From a phage, in the NCBI GenBank assembly GCA_025823825.1, contig GCA_025823825.1_4720.1: a stretch of DNA of 64,000 nucleotides; one strand, written 5' to 3'. The first letter of the stretch is position 1. Each line of letters starts with the position of its first letter. Shown here in pieces: positions 19,126 to 28,052 of this stretch. The notes below the pieces were generated by a model. The model searched no databases. It was not told the DNA's origin and saw only the letters and a program-made list of their open reading frames with translations. Both the position numbers and the translations under genes were made by a program.

Positions 19126-19174
19126 GTCCTATACGAACATGAAAAACCGTTAATTTTTACCATAGCCGCGTGCG

Positions 19175-19450
19175 TTAAAATTCCACACCGCGACCTGTCA
19201 TCGACGAAGGAACCGCGCGATAATAGAAGTAGATGTAATGGTCACGATGGCTAAAATAGTTTTTGCAAGCATAGAACTCTCCAGATCCAATGAATGATTT
19301 AATACGTGTAACTTGAGGGTGTCGTGCGATTAACGCCTGTATAACGATTTCCATTTGGTGTGCGCTCAAGCCTGGTCGAGCTGCAACATGATAATGAAGC
19401 TCCTTAAGAAATCGTTTCCAGGGGTCGTGGTGTGTCGATGATCGAGACAT
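19175..19450 (-). CDS. hypothetical protein
   Basis: 91 aa ORF with AAGGAG upstream of ATG 19450. Confidence 0.35.
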   Translation of the reverse strand: MSRSSTHHDPWKRFLKELHYHVAARPGLSAHQMEIVIQALIARHPQVTRIKSFIGSGEFYACKNYFSHRDHYIYFYYRAVPSSMTGRGVEF

Positions 19451-19482
19451 CTTTATCTCCTTAACGGGTGCTGGTAACGCAG

Positions 19483-19506
19483 CATAAACCCTCCCCGAAG
19501 GGAGGG
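19483..19506 (-). terminator. hairpin CCCTCC-CCGAAG-GGAGGG followed on minus strand by TTTATGCTG
   Basis: Inverted repeat seen directly, downstream of the 19517 stop. Confidence 0.55.
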
Positions 19507-19516
19507 CGGTTAACGT

Positions 19517-20074
19517 TCACTCCATCCATACTTCTTCGTCGTAATGATTTTCTATCGCATTACGCCAAAAACGTACGGTGTCCAAACTAATCGGTGCATA
19601 AAAATGCTGATCAACGCCTACATTAAGTCCGTTGGCTTTCGCTAACATACAGCGATGAATATGACCGAATAAATTAAAGTAGCCTGGGTTTCTTTCGCTG
19701 GGCTTATGGCATAGCCAGTAGGATTCGTCATTGCTAATCGGCAACACCAACGGATGTTCATAAACCGCAGCAAACCCCATACCGAGCAATTTATCACGCC
19801 ACGCTTCAAAGCTTAATCCTGTCGCTTTGTATGCGTCCTCGTCCCAATTCCCCAATACCAATTGAACCTGGATATCAGAACGAATGGCTTCCACGAACTC
19901 GAACTTACCCCAATCACCTAAATGCCACAACACACTGTTCTTTGGAAGCTTGTTGATGGCTTTCAGCATATGCTGGTTCATATCGGCGACGCTTGCGAAC
20001 GGACGGCGTGAATACGTCCACGTACGCTCGCTATCAAAATGGGTATCCGACATAAAGAAGATGGGTGGGGTCAT
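19517..20074 (-). CDS. calcineurin-like metallophosphoesterase (Ser/Thr phosphatase-like)
   Basis: 185 aa; FMSDTHF, GDWG, GNWD, GHIH motifs in canonical order. Confidence 0.8.
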   Translation of the reverse strand: MTPPIFFMSDTHFDSERTWTYSRRPFASVADMNQHMLKAINKLPKNSVLWHLGDWGKFEFVEAIRSDIQVQLVLGNWDEDAYKATGLSFEAWRDKLLGMGFAAVYEHPLVLPISNDESYWLCHKPSERNPGYFNLFGHIHRCMLAKANGLNVGVDQHFYAPISLDTVRFWRNAIENHYDEEVWME

Positions 20075-20553
20075 TGATTTAATTGCTCCAGAAATGCACG
20101 ACCTGATTTACTTGCTTTTAAATGCTGTTCTGCGGAAGTAAGCAGAAGATCGGTTGGTGTGAACGCAGCGCTACCTTTCCACTCTGTTTTCAGTTTACCC
20201 TCTTCGATACTGAACTGAATCAGTTGTTGGGTGCCGAAGTTAAGCGTGTTCGTCGCGGCGCTAAATACACCACCCATCATGCTGTAACCAAAGACTTTCA
20301 CGTTTTCCGTGTAGAAGTCATTGTCGATCAATTTGTTCTGGAGCTCGAGTTGGTCGGACGGTAGCAATCCCCCATCAAAGACGCTTAAAATACCAGCCAG
20401 GCGATACATACTCACCTTTCCTGAAACACCCACCACGTAATTGCCGTACAGGGTTTCTTCCAGTTTAGCAACAACGGTGCGATCGTCGGAGGTTTTCATC
20501 GAAACCTCAATACCATCACCAATTTCTGTTAACGTTAAATCAACGATGCTCAT
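20071..20553 (-). CDS. hypothetical protein
   Basis: 160 aa ORF, ATGA overlap with phosphatase. Confidence 0.45.
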   Translation of the reverse strand: MSIVDLTLTEIGDGIEVSMKTSDDRTVVAKLEETLYGNYVVGVSGKVSMYRLAGILSVFDGGLLPSDQLELQNKLIDNDFYTENVKVFGYSMMGGVFSAATNTLNFGTQQLIQFSIEEGKLKTEWKGSAAFTPTDLLLTSAEQHLKASKSGRAFLEQLNQ

Positions 20554-20575
20554 TCATTATTCTCCGCTTTCATGT

Positions 20576-21262
20576 TTAACACATGATTTCACCATGTTTC
20601 TTTTCGACATACGTATAAACATCATCCAAATAAGCAATGAGTTTATCACGATCCGCACAAAGCGATTTAATCGCCGCAATCTCTTTCATATAAAGCTGCT
20701 GACCTAACGCTGGATACGTAATCCAAGCGTAGCCGTCAGGCGCAAATTTAGAAATAAGATAATCGGCGGTTTCCTGTAATGCGAACTCTTTGCTCATCTG
20801 ACCGTAACGATGTTCGATTGCGCGGATACCAAAACGTTCGCTATCAAGACGACCCATATCCGCCAAACGAAGCACCTGAGAAGCAACCGAACTACGTGGA
20901 CCAGAGTACGAGGCACGATGTTCGGCAATAAGTACGCGTATCTCTTCGATGTCTTCCGGTGTGAAAATATGCTGCTCGTTACGAAGCAGGATAACCGACG
21001 CACGAATACCCCCGATAAGGTGGTGGTAGGTTCTGTTTTCATGGCAAGCGATATCATGCATAAAAGCAGCTGTTAATAGACGGCGGCGTTCGGTAGGTCT
21101 AATAATCCCGACCACATCAGCAAGTTCATTTGCCAGTTCAACAACAGCAAGCACATGTTCTTCTTGATGTGCAAGATCGTTCTTCCGAATATTTTCAATT
21201 ACTTCAGCGCGTGTTTCCTGAGATAAGAAATTTAAACAATCCAACGAATATAAAGATTTCAT
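20576..21262 (-). CDS. HD-domain phosphohydrolase
   Basis: 228 aa; H...HD signature (EEHVLAVVE...FMHDIACHE); AAAGAGG before ATG. Confidence 0.7.
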   Translation of the reverse strand: MKSLYSLDCLNFLSQETRAEVIENIRKNDLAHQEEHVLAVVELANELADVVGIIRPTERRRLLTAAFMHDIACHENRTYHHLIGGIRASVILLRNEQHIFTPEDIEEIRVLIAEHRASYSGPRSSVASQVLRLADMGRLDSERFGIRAIEHRYGQMSKEFALQETADYLISKFAPDGYAWITYPALGQQLYMKEIAAIKSLCADRDKLIAYLDDVYTYVEKKHGEIMC

Positions 21263-21303
21263 CGCACGTACCTCTTTGAATCTATTAATAAATTTTCTTT
21301 ACT

Positions 21304-21327
21304 CACGTAAGTAATATAGCCGTGAAA
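21304..21327 (-). promoter_or_regulatory. conserved promoter-like motif, copy 1 (minus strand TTTCACGGCTATATTACTTACGTG)
   Basis: One of 4 near-identical copies, all 50-70 nt upstream of minus-strand gene starts; core TATATTAC. Confidence 0.5.
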
Positions 21328-21399
21328 GGATTTGTGTTGGCCCGTTTCGATGCCCATCGTATTTTATGGATTGTCGAATGACGTCATTTTAAGGGACAT

Positions 21400-21440
21400 C
21401 CCCGGCCTCCTCCCCAGGAAAGGTGTGGGGAGGAGTTTTT
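21400..21440 (+). promoter_or_regulatory. hairpin CCTCCTCCCC...GGGGAGGAG plus TTTTTAT at the start of the plus-strand unit
   Basis: Same hairpin family as the terminators but here no plus-strand gene lies upstream. Confidence 0.4.
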
Positions 21441-21470
21441 ATCATACATTCTATTAAATCGAGCGCGATT

Positions 21471-23552
21471 ATGTTGGATAGAATCAATCGTCTAATGAAC
21501 CGAATAACGGTTAAAAATCAGAGTAACAATACCGTGCATATCGGGGGTATCGATGCCTGGCGTCTTTCAGATGACATTCAGCGAATATGGGGTACCTCCC
21601 GATTTATGAAACATATGTTTCGTAATTTCTCTTCTAGTGGACTCAGCCTCCACAACTTTTACCTCCCCGATTTCGTTTATATTCTCGAGACGATCATCGA
21701 AGCAAAGAATACCCGCAGTAACAAACGCATGCTGAAACACCTTATTGAGGTACTGCTACAGGAAACCTGGTTGCAAAATACCACAATCGAGCAACCTGCA
21801 ATCCTCGATAAAGCACGCATGAACAAAATGCTAACGCTCTCTTTGTTCGATTATCAAGATGAGTTTATCGACATCTATAACCGTAACGTACCTAAATACC
21901 GACTGAAAGGATACGTGTGTGCGATGGGTGCTGGTGCGGGTAAAACAATCACCGCACTGGCATTAAGCTCCGCAATGAACGTCGATGTATTTGTGGTCTG
22001 CTGTCCTAAGAACACCATGCGTTCAGCATGGCAATCCGATGTAAACAAAGCCATCGTTGACCCTGCAACAGAAACCGCGTTCTGGTCAGATACGATGCCA
22101 CCATCACAGCTGCAGAAAAGCGATAAGTACTATTTTCTGCATTATGAATCGATGGGTTTATTAAACGATGTAATGATCAAGCATAAACGCACAGCGAAGC
22201 GCGTGTTGATCGTGGTTGATGAAAGCCATAACTTCAACGACAAGAACAGTCAACGTTCCCAACGACTGGTTGATCTCGTACAGACGATGCGTCAGACCAT
22301 GAATGCGGATGTGCACGTCTTGTTTATGTCAGGTACACCTGTTAAACAAATGGGTTCTGAGATGATCCCATGTTTAGGTTGTATCGACCCGATGTTCCAA
22401 GGACAGGTGGTCGATAGCTTCAAAGCGATTTACGGTTTAACCAGCAGTCGCGCTAACGATATCCTCAGACATCGTCTTGGGTTCATGATGCATGTCGTAC
22501 CTAAAGAGGCTTACCGTAAAACCCGTCCGGAAGTTCAGGATGTTTACGTGAAGCTCCCTAACGGTAGCGATTATACCATCTCAAGTATCCGCGACGACAT
22601 GGCGATATTTGTACGCGATCGGGCGAAGTATTACAAGGATAACTGGGGACACTACAGAAAGATTTTTGATGACGCCTTGGACTACTATCGTAAGACTATT
22701 CGTACCGACGGAGAACGTAAAGAGCTATCTCGATACGAATCGATTGTTGCTCGTTTCCAGAAAGGTTACGACCCCGTCAGAGACAAAGAAGATGCGATGT
22801 TCTGCAACGCGTTTGAAAAACGTTCCATCATGCCGGTTCTTCCTTCTGATTTAAGGATTGCTTTCAAAGACGCTAAGAGTGTCATCAAGTACGTTGGGTT
22901 GAAAATTCAGGGTGAGGCGTTGGCCCGTGTTCTCGGTGCAGCCCGCATTCGGTGTCATGTCGATATGGTGGAGTACATCGACTTCGAAGGGTATATCAAC
23001 AACGCTGAAGCCAAGGTGTTGATCTTCACGTCGTACGTTCAGGTGGTTGAGCGTGTCGACAACATGCTTCGTGATGCGGGTTTCTTACCGGAACCCATTT
23101 ACGGGAAGACCAACAAAAACATCAACCAAATACTTGCTCGTTTACGCGACGATCCCGACAGCGGCCCCGCTATCGCAACATTTGATAGCTTAGCTGAAGG
23201 GGTTCCGATGTTGATGTGTAACGTGGGTCTCTTCTTGAACAACCCATGGCGTTCATCCGATGAAATCCAAGCCATCAGCCGTCTCGATCGTGTAGGGCAA
23301 ACGCAACCGGTTCGGATTTATCGTTTCATGTTAGATACGGGAAGCGAGGGTAACGTTTCTACACGTAGCCACGAAATCATGGAGTTAAGTCGGCAGCTTG
23401 TTGAAGAAATCACGGGTGTCAAATACGTGGTGAACAAGCAAGACGATGTTAACTTGCAAGAAACGTTGGCGATGGAAGGATACGATCAATACGTTACCGT
23501 AAACACCACGGAATACGATATTAAACCACGACCTGCGTTCTTGGAATGGTGA
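21471..23552 (+). CDS. SNF2/Rad54-family helicase-like ATPase
   Basis: LFDYQ, GAGAGKT (Walker A), VVDESHN (DExH), MSGTP, QAISRLDRVGQ; start at first ATG rather than GTG 21423 inside hairpin. Confidence 0.75.
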   Translation: MLDRINRLMNRITVKNQSNNTVHIGGIDAWRLSDDIQRIWGTSRFMKHMFRNFSSSGLSLHNFYLPDFVYILETIIEAKNTRSNKRMLKHLIEVLLQETWLQNTTIEQPAILDKARMNKMLTLSLFDYQDEFIDIYNRNVPKYRLKGYVCAMGAGAGKTITALALSSAMNVDVFVVCCPKNTMRSAWQSDVNKAIVDPATETAFWSDTMPPSQLQKSDKYYFLHYESMGLLNDVMIKHKRTAKRVLIVVDESHNFNDKNSQRSQRLVDLVQTMRQTMNADVHVLFMSGTPVKQMGSEMIPCLGCIDPMFQGQVVDSFKAIYGLTSSRANDILRHRLGFMMHVVPKEAYRKTRPEVQDVYVKLPNGSDYTISSIRDDMAIFVRDRAKYYKDNWGHYRKIFDDALDYYRKTIRTDGERKELSRYESIVARFQKGYDPVRDKEDAMFCNAFEKRSIMPVLPSDLRIAFKDAKSVIKYVGLKIQGEALARVLGAARIRCHVDMVEYIDFEGYINNAEAKVLIFTSYVQVVERVDNMLRDAGFLPEPIYGKTNKNINQILARLRDDPDSGPAIATFDSLAEGVPMLMCNVGLFLNNPWRSSDEIQAISRLDRVGQTQPVRIYRFMLDTGSEGNVSTRSHEIMELSRQLVEEITGVKYVVNKQDDVNLQETLAMEGYDQYVTVNTTEYDIKPRPAFLEW

Positions 23553-23559
23553 TTAAGAA

Positions 23560-23589
23560 GCCCTGCCGTCAAGCAGGGCTTTATGCTGC
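23560..23589 (+). terminator. hairpin GCCCTGC-CGTCAA-GCAGGGC followed by TTTATGCTGCG
   Basis: Inverted repeat seen directly, just after the SNF2 stop. Confidence 0.5.
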
Positions 23590-23647
23590 GTTTGTTGCAA
23601 GATCGTATGACGTATATGCGTTGTACTTATTTAAAAAGGCAGAATAA

Positions 23648-25102
23648 ATGAAACTCAAACAAAGCTGGAAAGACGAACTTCTCGCGTTAGTAAACAACAA
23701 AAACAGTTTACAGCTGACATTAGACGACGTAAAATTTGAACTAACTGAACCGGTAAGCGAAGTGCCCGGAACAGTCGTCGTTACGATCAAACCGAACGAT
23801 GATAGCCGTTACTTTAACGAGCAGTCTCTGACCTACATCCGTCGAGACATCGCTAAAAACTTCACCGGGATCCCGTTACGTGTTATCGTTAAAAATGATA
23901 CCGTCGTAAGGGATATCATCAATACGATTGCTGAACGTTACGGATTGGTATTTGACACAACCGTTGACTTCCTCGAATCAGAGCTGAATAAGCAGATTAC
24001 GTTCGAAGACACCGGTATTAAAGACATTACGGTTCCGGTTGCAAACACGTCTTATGTTTGGGCTGGTAATCTTCAGTTCAATATCGCTAACGATACGTTA
24101 AGCTTGATTACGATCATCAAGGAAACCAATCTTACGAATCTGGTTTATCTGGATGGCGTTGAAGCTGACACAACCGGATCGTTATTATTAGCAACGGCCT
24201 CGATTATCGACGATAACGGAAATACCGAAACAACTGAAGGTGTCCTTGATGCCGAGTACTTCCAGAATGTCCTGAATGTCATGGTTCGTTATGGTGATAT
24301 TACCAGCGAACAAATGCAACAAGCAATGCAGACAATTAACCAAAACGAAGACGTTCGTGAAGTGGAGGTTAAGTCATACGGCGACTCTGAGCTGTTGGTA
24401 ACCACAAAGAAAGATTGGGCTATCGGTAACCTTAAGGGCGCTATGGCAGTTGTTCGCAACGCTCAACCGAAACCAATTCAGTACATTCTCAAAACGAATG
24501 GCGGCTCCGTTACACTAGCATTGGACGGTTGGACAAATATTTCCATCGATTGGGGTGATGGGAATAAAGCAACATTACCAGGCGGACAAACTCGCGGATT
24601 CCACGAATACAGTGACGGTACAGAACGTACGATTGTAGCTACTGGTGTCCTCTCAAACCCTGAAGCACCAACACAGACACAAACCATCAGCGGCGATAAC
24701 ATCACTGAAATCGTTGACTGGAACAACGGATTACCGCAGGCTGTACAATTAACGGGATTAACCAGTTTGATTAAGGTTCCCGATTATATCCCGTCATACT
24801 GGACAACGTTGGAAAGTTTGTTCGAGAGCTGCTCATCGATAAACGACGTAAACATCACGAAATGGAATACCGGTAACGTCACATCAATGAAGAATTTGTT
24901 CTTTGGCTGTAACGTCTTCAACCAACCGATCATCGTATGGGATGTTACCCATGTAACAAATATCGACAATATGTTCTCGGGATGTTCGGCGTTCAACCAG
25001 GATCTAAGGATGTGGTCATTCCCAGCGGATACTTCCCGCAACAACTACGATAACGGTGCTACAGCCTGGCGGTCAGAGTATCGTCCAAGCTTCGATTTGT
25101 AA
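23648..25102 (+). CDS. DUF285/BspA-like repeat protein
   Basis: 484 aa; C-terminal repeats of F.GC..FNQ.I..WDV..VT...MF; family assignment from memory. Confidence 0.6.
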   Translation: MKLKQSWKDELLALVNNKNSLQLTLDDVKFELTEPVSEVPGTVVVTIKPNDDSRYFNEQSLTYIRRDIAKNFTGIPLRVIVKNDTVVRDIINTIAERYGLVFDTTVDFLESELNKQITFEDTGIKDITVPVANTSYVWAGNLQFNIANDTLSLITIIKETNLTNLVYLDGVEADTTGSLLLATASIIDDNGNTETTEGVLDAEYFQNVLNVMVRYGDITSEQMQQAMQTINQNEDVREVEVKSYGDSELLVTTKKDWAIGNLKGAMAVVRNAQPKPIQYILKTNGGSVTLALDGWTNISIDWGDGNKATLPGGQTRGFHEYSDGTERTIVATGVLSNPEAPTQTQTISGDNITEIVDWNNGLPQAVQLTGLTSLIKVPDYIPSYWTTLESLFESCSSINDVNITKWNTGNVTSMKNLFFGCNVFNQPIIVWDVTHVTNIDNMFSGCSAFNQDLRMWSFPADTSRNNYDNGATAWRSEYRPSFDL

Positions 25103-25117
25103 AAAAAAAAAAAAAAA
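25101..25117. repeat. A17 homopolymer tract overlapping the stop codon of the DUF285 gene
   Basis: Seventeen consecutive A counted on plus strand. Confidence 0.9.
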
Positions 25118-25128
25118 TAGTTAGCATA

Positions 25129-25167
25129 TCTTCCTCCCTACCCATAACGGGCGGGGAGGAAGGTTTT
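25129..25167 (+). terminator. hairpin CTTCCTCCC...GGGAGGAAGG followed by TTTTATGGCG
   Basis: Inverted repeat and T-run seen directly between convergent genes. Confidence 0.55.
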
Positions 25168-25180
25168 ATGGCGTTATAGC

Positions 25181-25519
25181 TTAGAACCAGAGTTCTTTCA
25201 TGAGGTAGGCTTCCATATCGTAGATAAGCCACGCATCGGGGATTTCTAAAGGATCGTCTTCGGTTAAGGTCAGCATGTGCAGGGCGAACGCACGCTTGAT
25301 ATCTTCCAACAGCTTATCATCACCGTAATCCTCGGGTAGTTTACGGTCAACCAGCTGGGTTTGTTTATAGACGTCGCGGAACGCTTCAGGGCTGTGTTTG
25401 TCCATCGGGAATTGTTCAGCAGCCTGAACCATCGTCAACGTCCAGCTTACAACATTGTAACGCTCACCGTTAATTTCACTGAACTGATCATCGATTAAAC
25501 AGATTTGTTGTACGTTCAT
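25181..25519 (-). CDS. hypothetical protein
   Basis: 112 aa ORF. Confidence 0.4.
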   Translation of the reverse strand: MNVQQICLIDDQFSEINGERYNVVSWTLTMVQAAEQFPMDKHSPEAFRDVYKQTQLVDRKLPEDYGDDKLLEDIKRAFALHMLTLTEDDPLEIPDAWLIYDMEAYLMKELWF

Positions 25520-26409
25520 TCATTTTCTCCATTCTTATCTTGGTCGCAATCACACTCTTCGACGTCTTTCTTACTTAAACGTAAGACACCTAGTGCAGCA
25601 TGCTTGAGTTCTTGCAAAGCGCTTTTCAGCTGACCTTCTTCATCGAAATCAAAATACTTCTCGTTGTAGCTTAATGCCGGAATCATATTTACGAGAGGTT
25701 CGATGGCGGGCATCAGCATTTCAATGACGACCTTAGGATCGACAAAACGTTCAAACCCTTCAGGAAGTTTGCTCGCTACAACCTTATCGTTCTTGATGTA
25801 GAATTTGTTCTTGAATAGATCGTCAAGAATAGCATTCTCTTCATCCGTACGTTTTGCGTGAGGACGATCGATCATCTGCACAAACACACCACTCAACGCT
25901 TCAGGCAAAGTCGGATTTTCGCGAAGATAAGTTCCGGCCGGAATTTCAATGTCGATCTTCGTCCACTCAACAACCTGATGGTCTCGCGTATAGATGACGT
26001 CAACTTCCCATGCCAGACCATCAGCGCTTTCTACGGTGTAACGTGTTTTCGCCTGGCCTTCAGGAGCCATACGTTCGATCGCATCAAACATCTCGACTGG
26101 GATTTCGACTTCGCTTTCCGTTGCATCGCCTGGACCGCGATACACCTTCGTGGTCATGATGTATTTCGGTTCTTCGTTATCGATCTGTATAGCTCGTGCT
26201 CGTACTTGACCTTTCACACCACCAACGGCCGTGTTATCAAACAACCATTGATGTTGCACCATATGTTCGATTTTTGATGCGACTTGACGAAGACGTTCAA
26301 CACCGTCTTCGGCCAGTTTACCAAAGAAGACCAGCTCACGTTCCTGCTGTGTCTCACCACTTAACATCATTAAATTGGCGATTTGTTTCACGCCTCTTAC
26401 TTTTGACAT
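25516..26409 (-). CDS. hypothetical protein
   Basis: 297 aa ORF. Confidence 0.5.
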   Translation of the reverse strand: MSKVRGVKQIANLMMLSGETQQERELVFFGKLAEDGVERLRQVASKIEHMVQHQWLFDNTAVGGVKGQVRARAIQIDNEEPKYIMTTKVYRGPGDATESEVEIPVEMFDAIERMAPEGQAKTRYTVESADGLAWEVDVIYTRDHQVVEWTKIDIEIPAGTYLRENPTLPEALSGVFVQMIDRPHAKRTDEENAILDDLFKNKFYIKNDKVVASKLPEGFERFVDPKVVIEMLMPAIEPLVNMIPALSYNEKYFDFDEEGQLKSALQELKHAALGVLRLSKKDVEECDCDQDKNGENE

Positions 26410-26477
26410 ACATGCTCCGGTTATAAGGGCCTGCTTCGAGGCCCTTCATTGATTTTTGATTCCACCAAACGCTATCG

Positions 26478-28052
26478 TTACAATTCAAAATCTTCATCGA
26501 TAACACGCTGGGTAAGCACTTTGTCGCTGAAGAACTCCACCTTGCGCTGATGGTATTTACGGTGCGCTTCGATAGAAGTACATACCAGATACCAGAACGT
26601 TGGCGTCATTCCTTCAAACTTTCCTTTCAGCTGACGCAGTCGTCCCAACACCTGAATGTTACCGGTTCGTGACCCCATCGCTAATGTCATGAACGTCATC
26701 ACCAAGTCAGGAAGGTCGATACCTGTACCTGCCGATTTCACCGTTGTAACGCTAATATCGTTATCCAGCAAGACCATGAAGTCTTCTTCAGCAGTATAAG
26801 GACCGATTTCTAACTCAGGGATACGTTCACTGAGATAATGCGACAACGACTTACACATATCGACGGTTGCACAATACACCAGCATCTTCATACCTTCCTG
26901 ATACTGGTTCATGAAACCCTTGATAATAACGGTATAGATGAAGTTAAAATACGCGAGTTTGAGTTGCTTGTTCTTCATGATAGACTGTTCGAATATCGTG
27001 TGCGAATAAGCTCCACCAAACCCTTTGTATCTGACTTTATCTGTACTGCGTAGTCGGTACGTTACCGCATTTACCGCAATGTATTTCTTGTATTCGCCTT
27101 TCGCATAACGGGCTTCTTTCGGATACATCAAATACAGCATCTGTTCGATAAACGGATCATCGGATACCGCTGTTGCCGACAGATAAATGATTTCCGGAAT
27201 ATTGGCGTAACACTTGACCTTAAACAAGAAATGCAATGCTTCGTGACACTCGTCATGAATCAGCAAACCTATGCCGGTCTTTTCCCAAAACTCAGCGGGA
27301 TGAAAGGCATATGGCGCAACGCAGTTATTCTTCTCGTAGTCCGCAATATAACGTTGGAACATGTTCAAGGAGAACAATGCGATTTTGAAGTCGAGTTCAC
27401 CTTGTTCAACCAAGGTTTGAAACTCCAACATACTGTAACGAGGAATGTCGGGATGCGGTGGATCCTCCTTAGCGTTCCCGCGTATCTCGATAACGTCCCC
27501 TGGTTCCATCCCGAAGAAGTTCAGCAGTGAGCTTCGCCAACCTGGCATGTATCTCGGCGACAGAATGATACCCGTCCGTACACCGCGTCGGAAGGTGATC
27601 TCCTGCGACATGGCCGTTTTTCCTGACCCCGTTTGAGCGGTGTTTAGGCTCATTCTGAAGGGGGTATCCTTACCCCCGTCCATGTACTCCAACCATTCTT
27701 GCTGATCTTGACGCCATGGAAACTTCCATTTCTTTACGAACTCCACTTCTTTACCTGGTACCGGATCGTGATAGACGATTTCCAACCACTCTTTTCGTAT
27801 CCCTCGGGAAAAGATAAAATCCAAAAACGATTTCAACTGTTCACGGAGTAAGTATACCTCGCTATAATCGCTTCTTGCCGCGGCATACGTGTTTATGGTA
27901 TCGGTAACCATTCTCCGTGTACGAGGGTCACGCCGTTTCCTCAGATGCAAACAACGGTCTCGAAGGTAATGGCCGATAAGATGGGCAAATCGAAGTCCGT
28001 ATCCGCTCAGCCTCATGCCGTGCGAGAAGACGTCGATACGAGCTAACTTCAT
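26478..28052 (-). CDS. superfamily 2 DExH-box helicase
   Basis: 524 aa; AQTGSGKT, HDECHEA, SAT, QVLGRLRQ motifs. Confidence 0.75.
   Translation of the reverse strand: MKLARIDVFSHGMRLSGYGLRFAHLIGHYLRDRCLHLRKRRDPRTRRMVTDTINTYAAARSDYSEVYLLREQLKSFLDFIFSRGIRKEWLEIVYHDPVPGKEVEFVKKWKFPWRQDQQEWLEYMDGGKDTPFRMSLNTAQTGSGKTAMSQEITFRRGVRTGIILSPRYMPGWRSSLLNFFGMEPGDVIEIRGNAKEDPPHPDIPRYSMLEFQTLVEQGELDFKIALFSLNMFQRYIADYEKNNCVAPYAFHPAEFWEKTGIGLLIHDECHEALHFLFKVKCYANIPEIIYLSATAVSDDPFIEQMLYLMYPKEARYAKGEYKKYIAVNAVTYRLRSTDKVRYKGFGGAYSHTIFEQSIMKNKQLKLAYFNFIYTVIIKGFMNQYQEGMKMLVYCATVDMCKSLSHYLSERIPELEIGPYTAEEDFMVLLDNDISVTTVKSAGTGIDLPDLVMTFMTLAMGSRTGNIQVLGRLRQLKGKFEGMTPTFWYLVCTSIEAHRKYHQRKVEFFSDKVLTQRVIDEDFEL

Noticed and set aside
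9251-21423. ORF-track starts at 9251, 11539, 21423, 31656, 39383 and 43997
   Set aside because: These run through upstream hairpins on GTG/TTG codons; internal ATGs with Shine-Dalgarno sequences were used instead.
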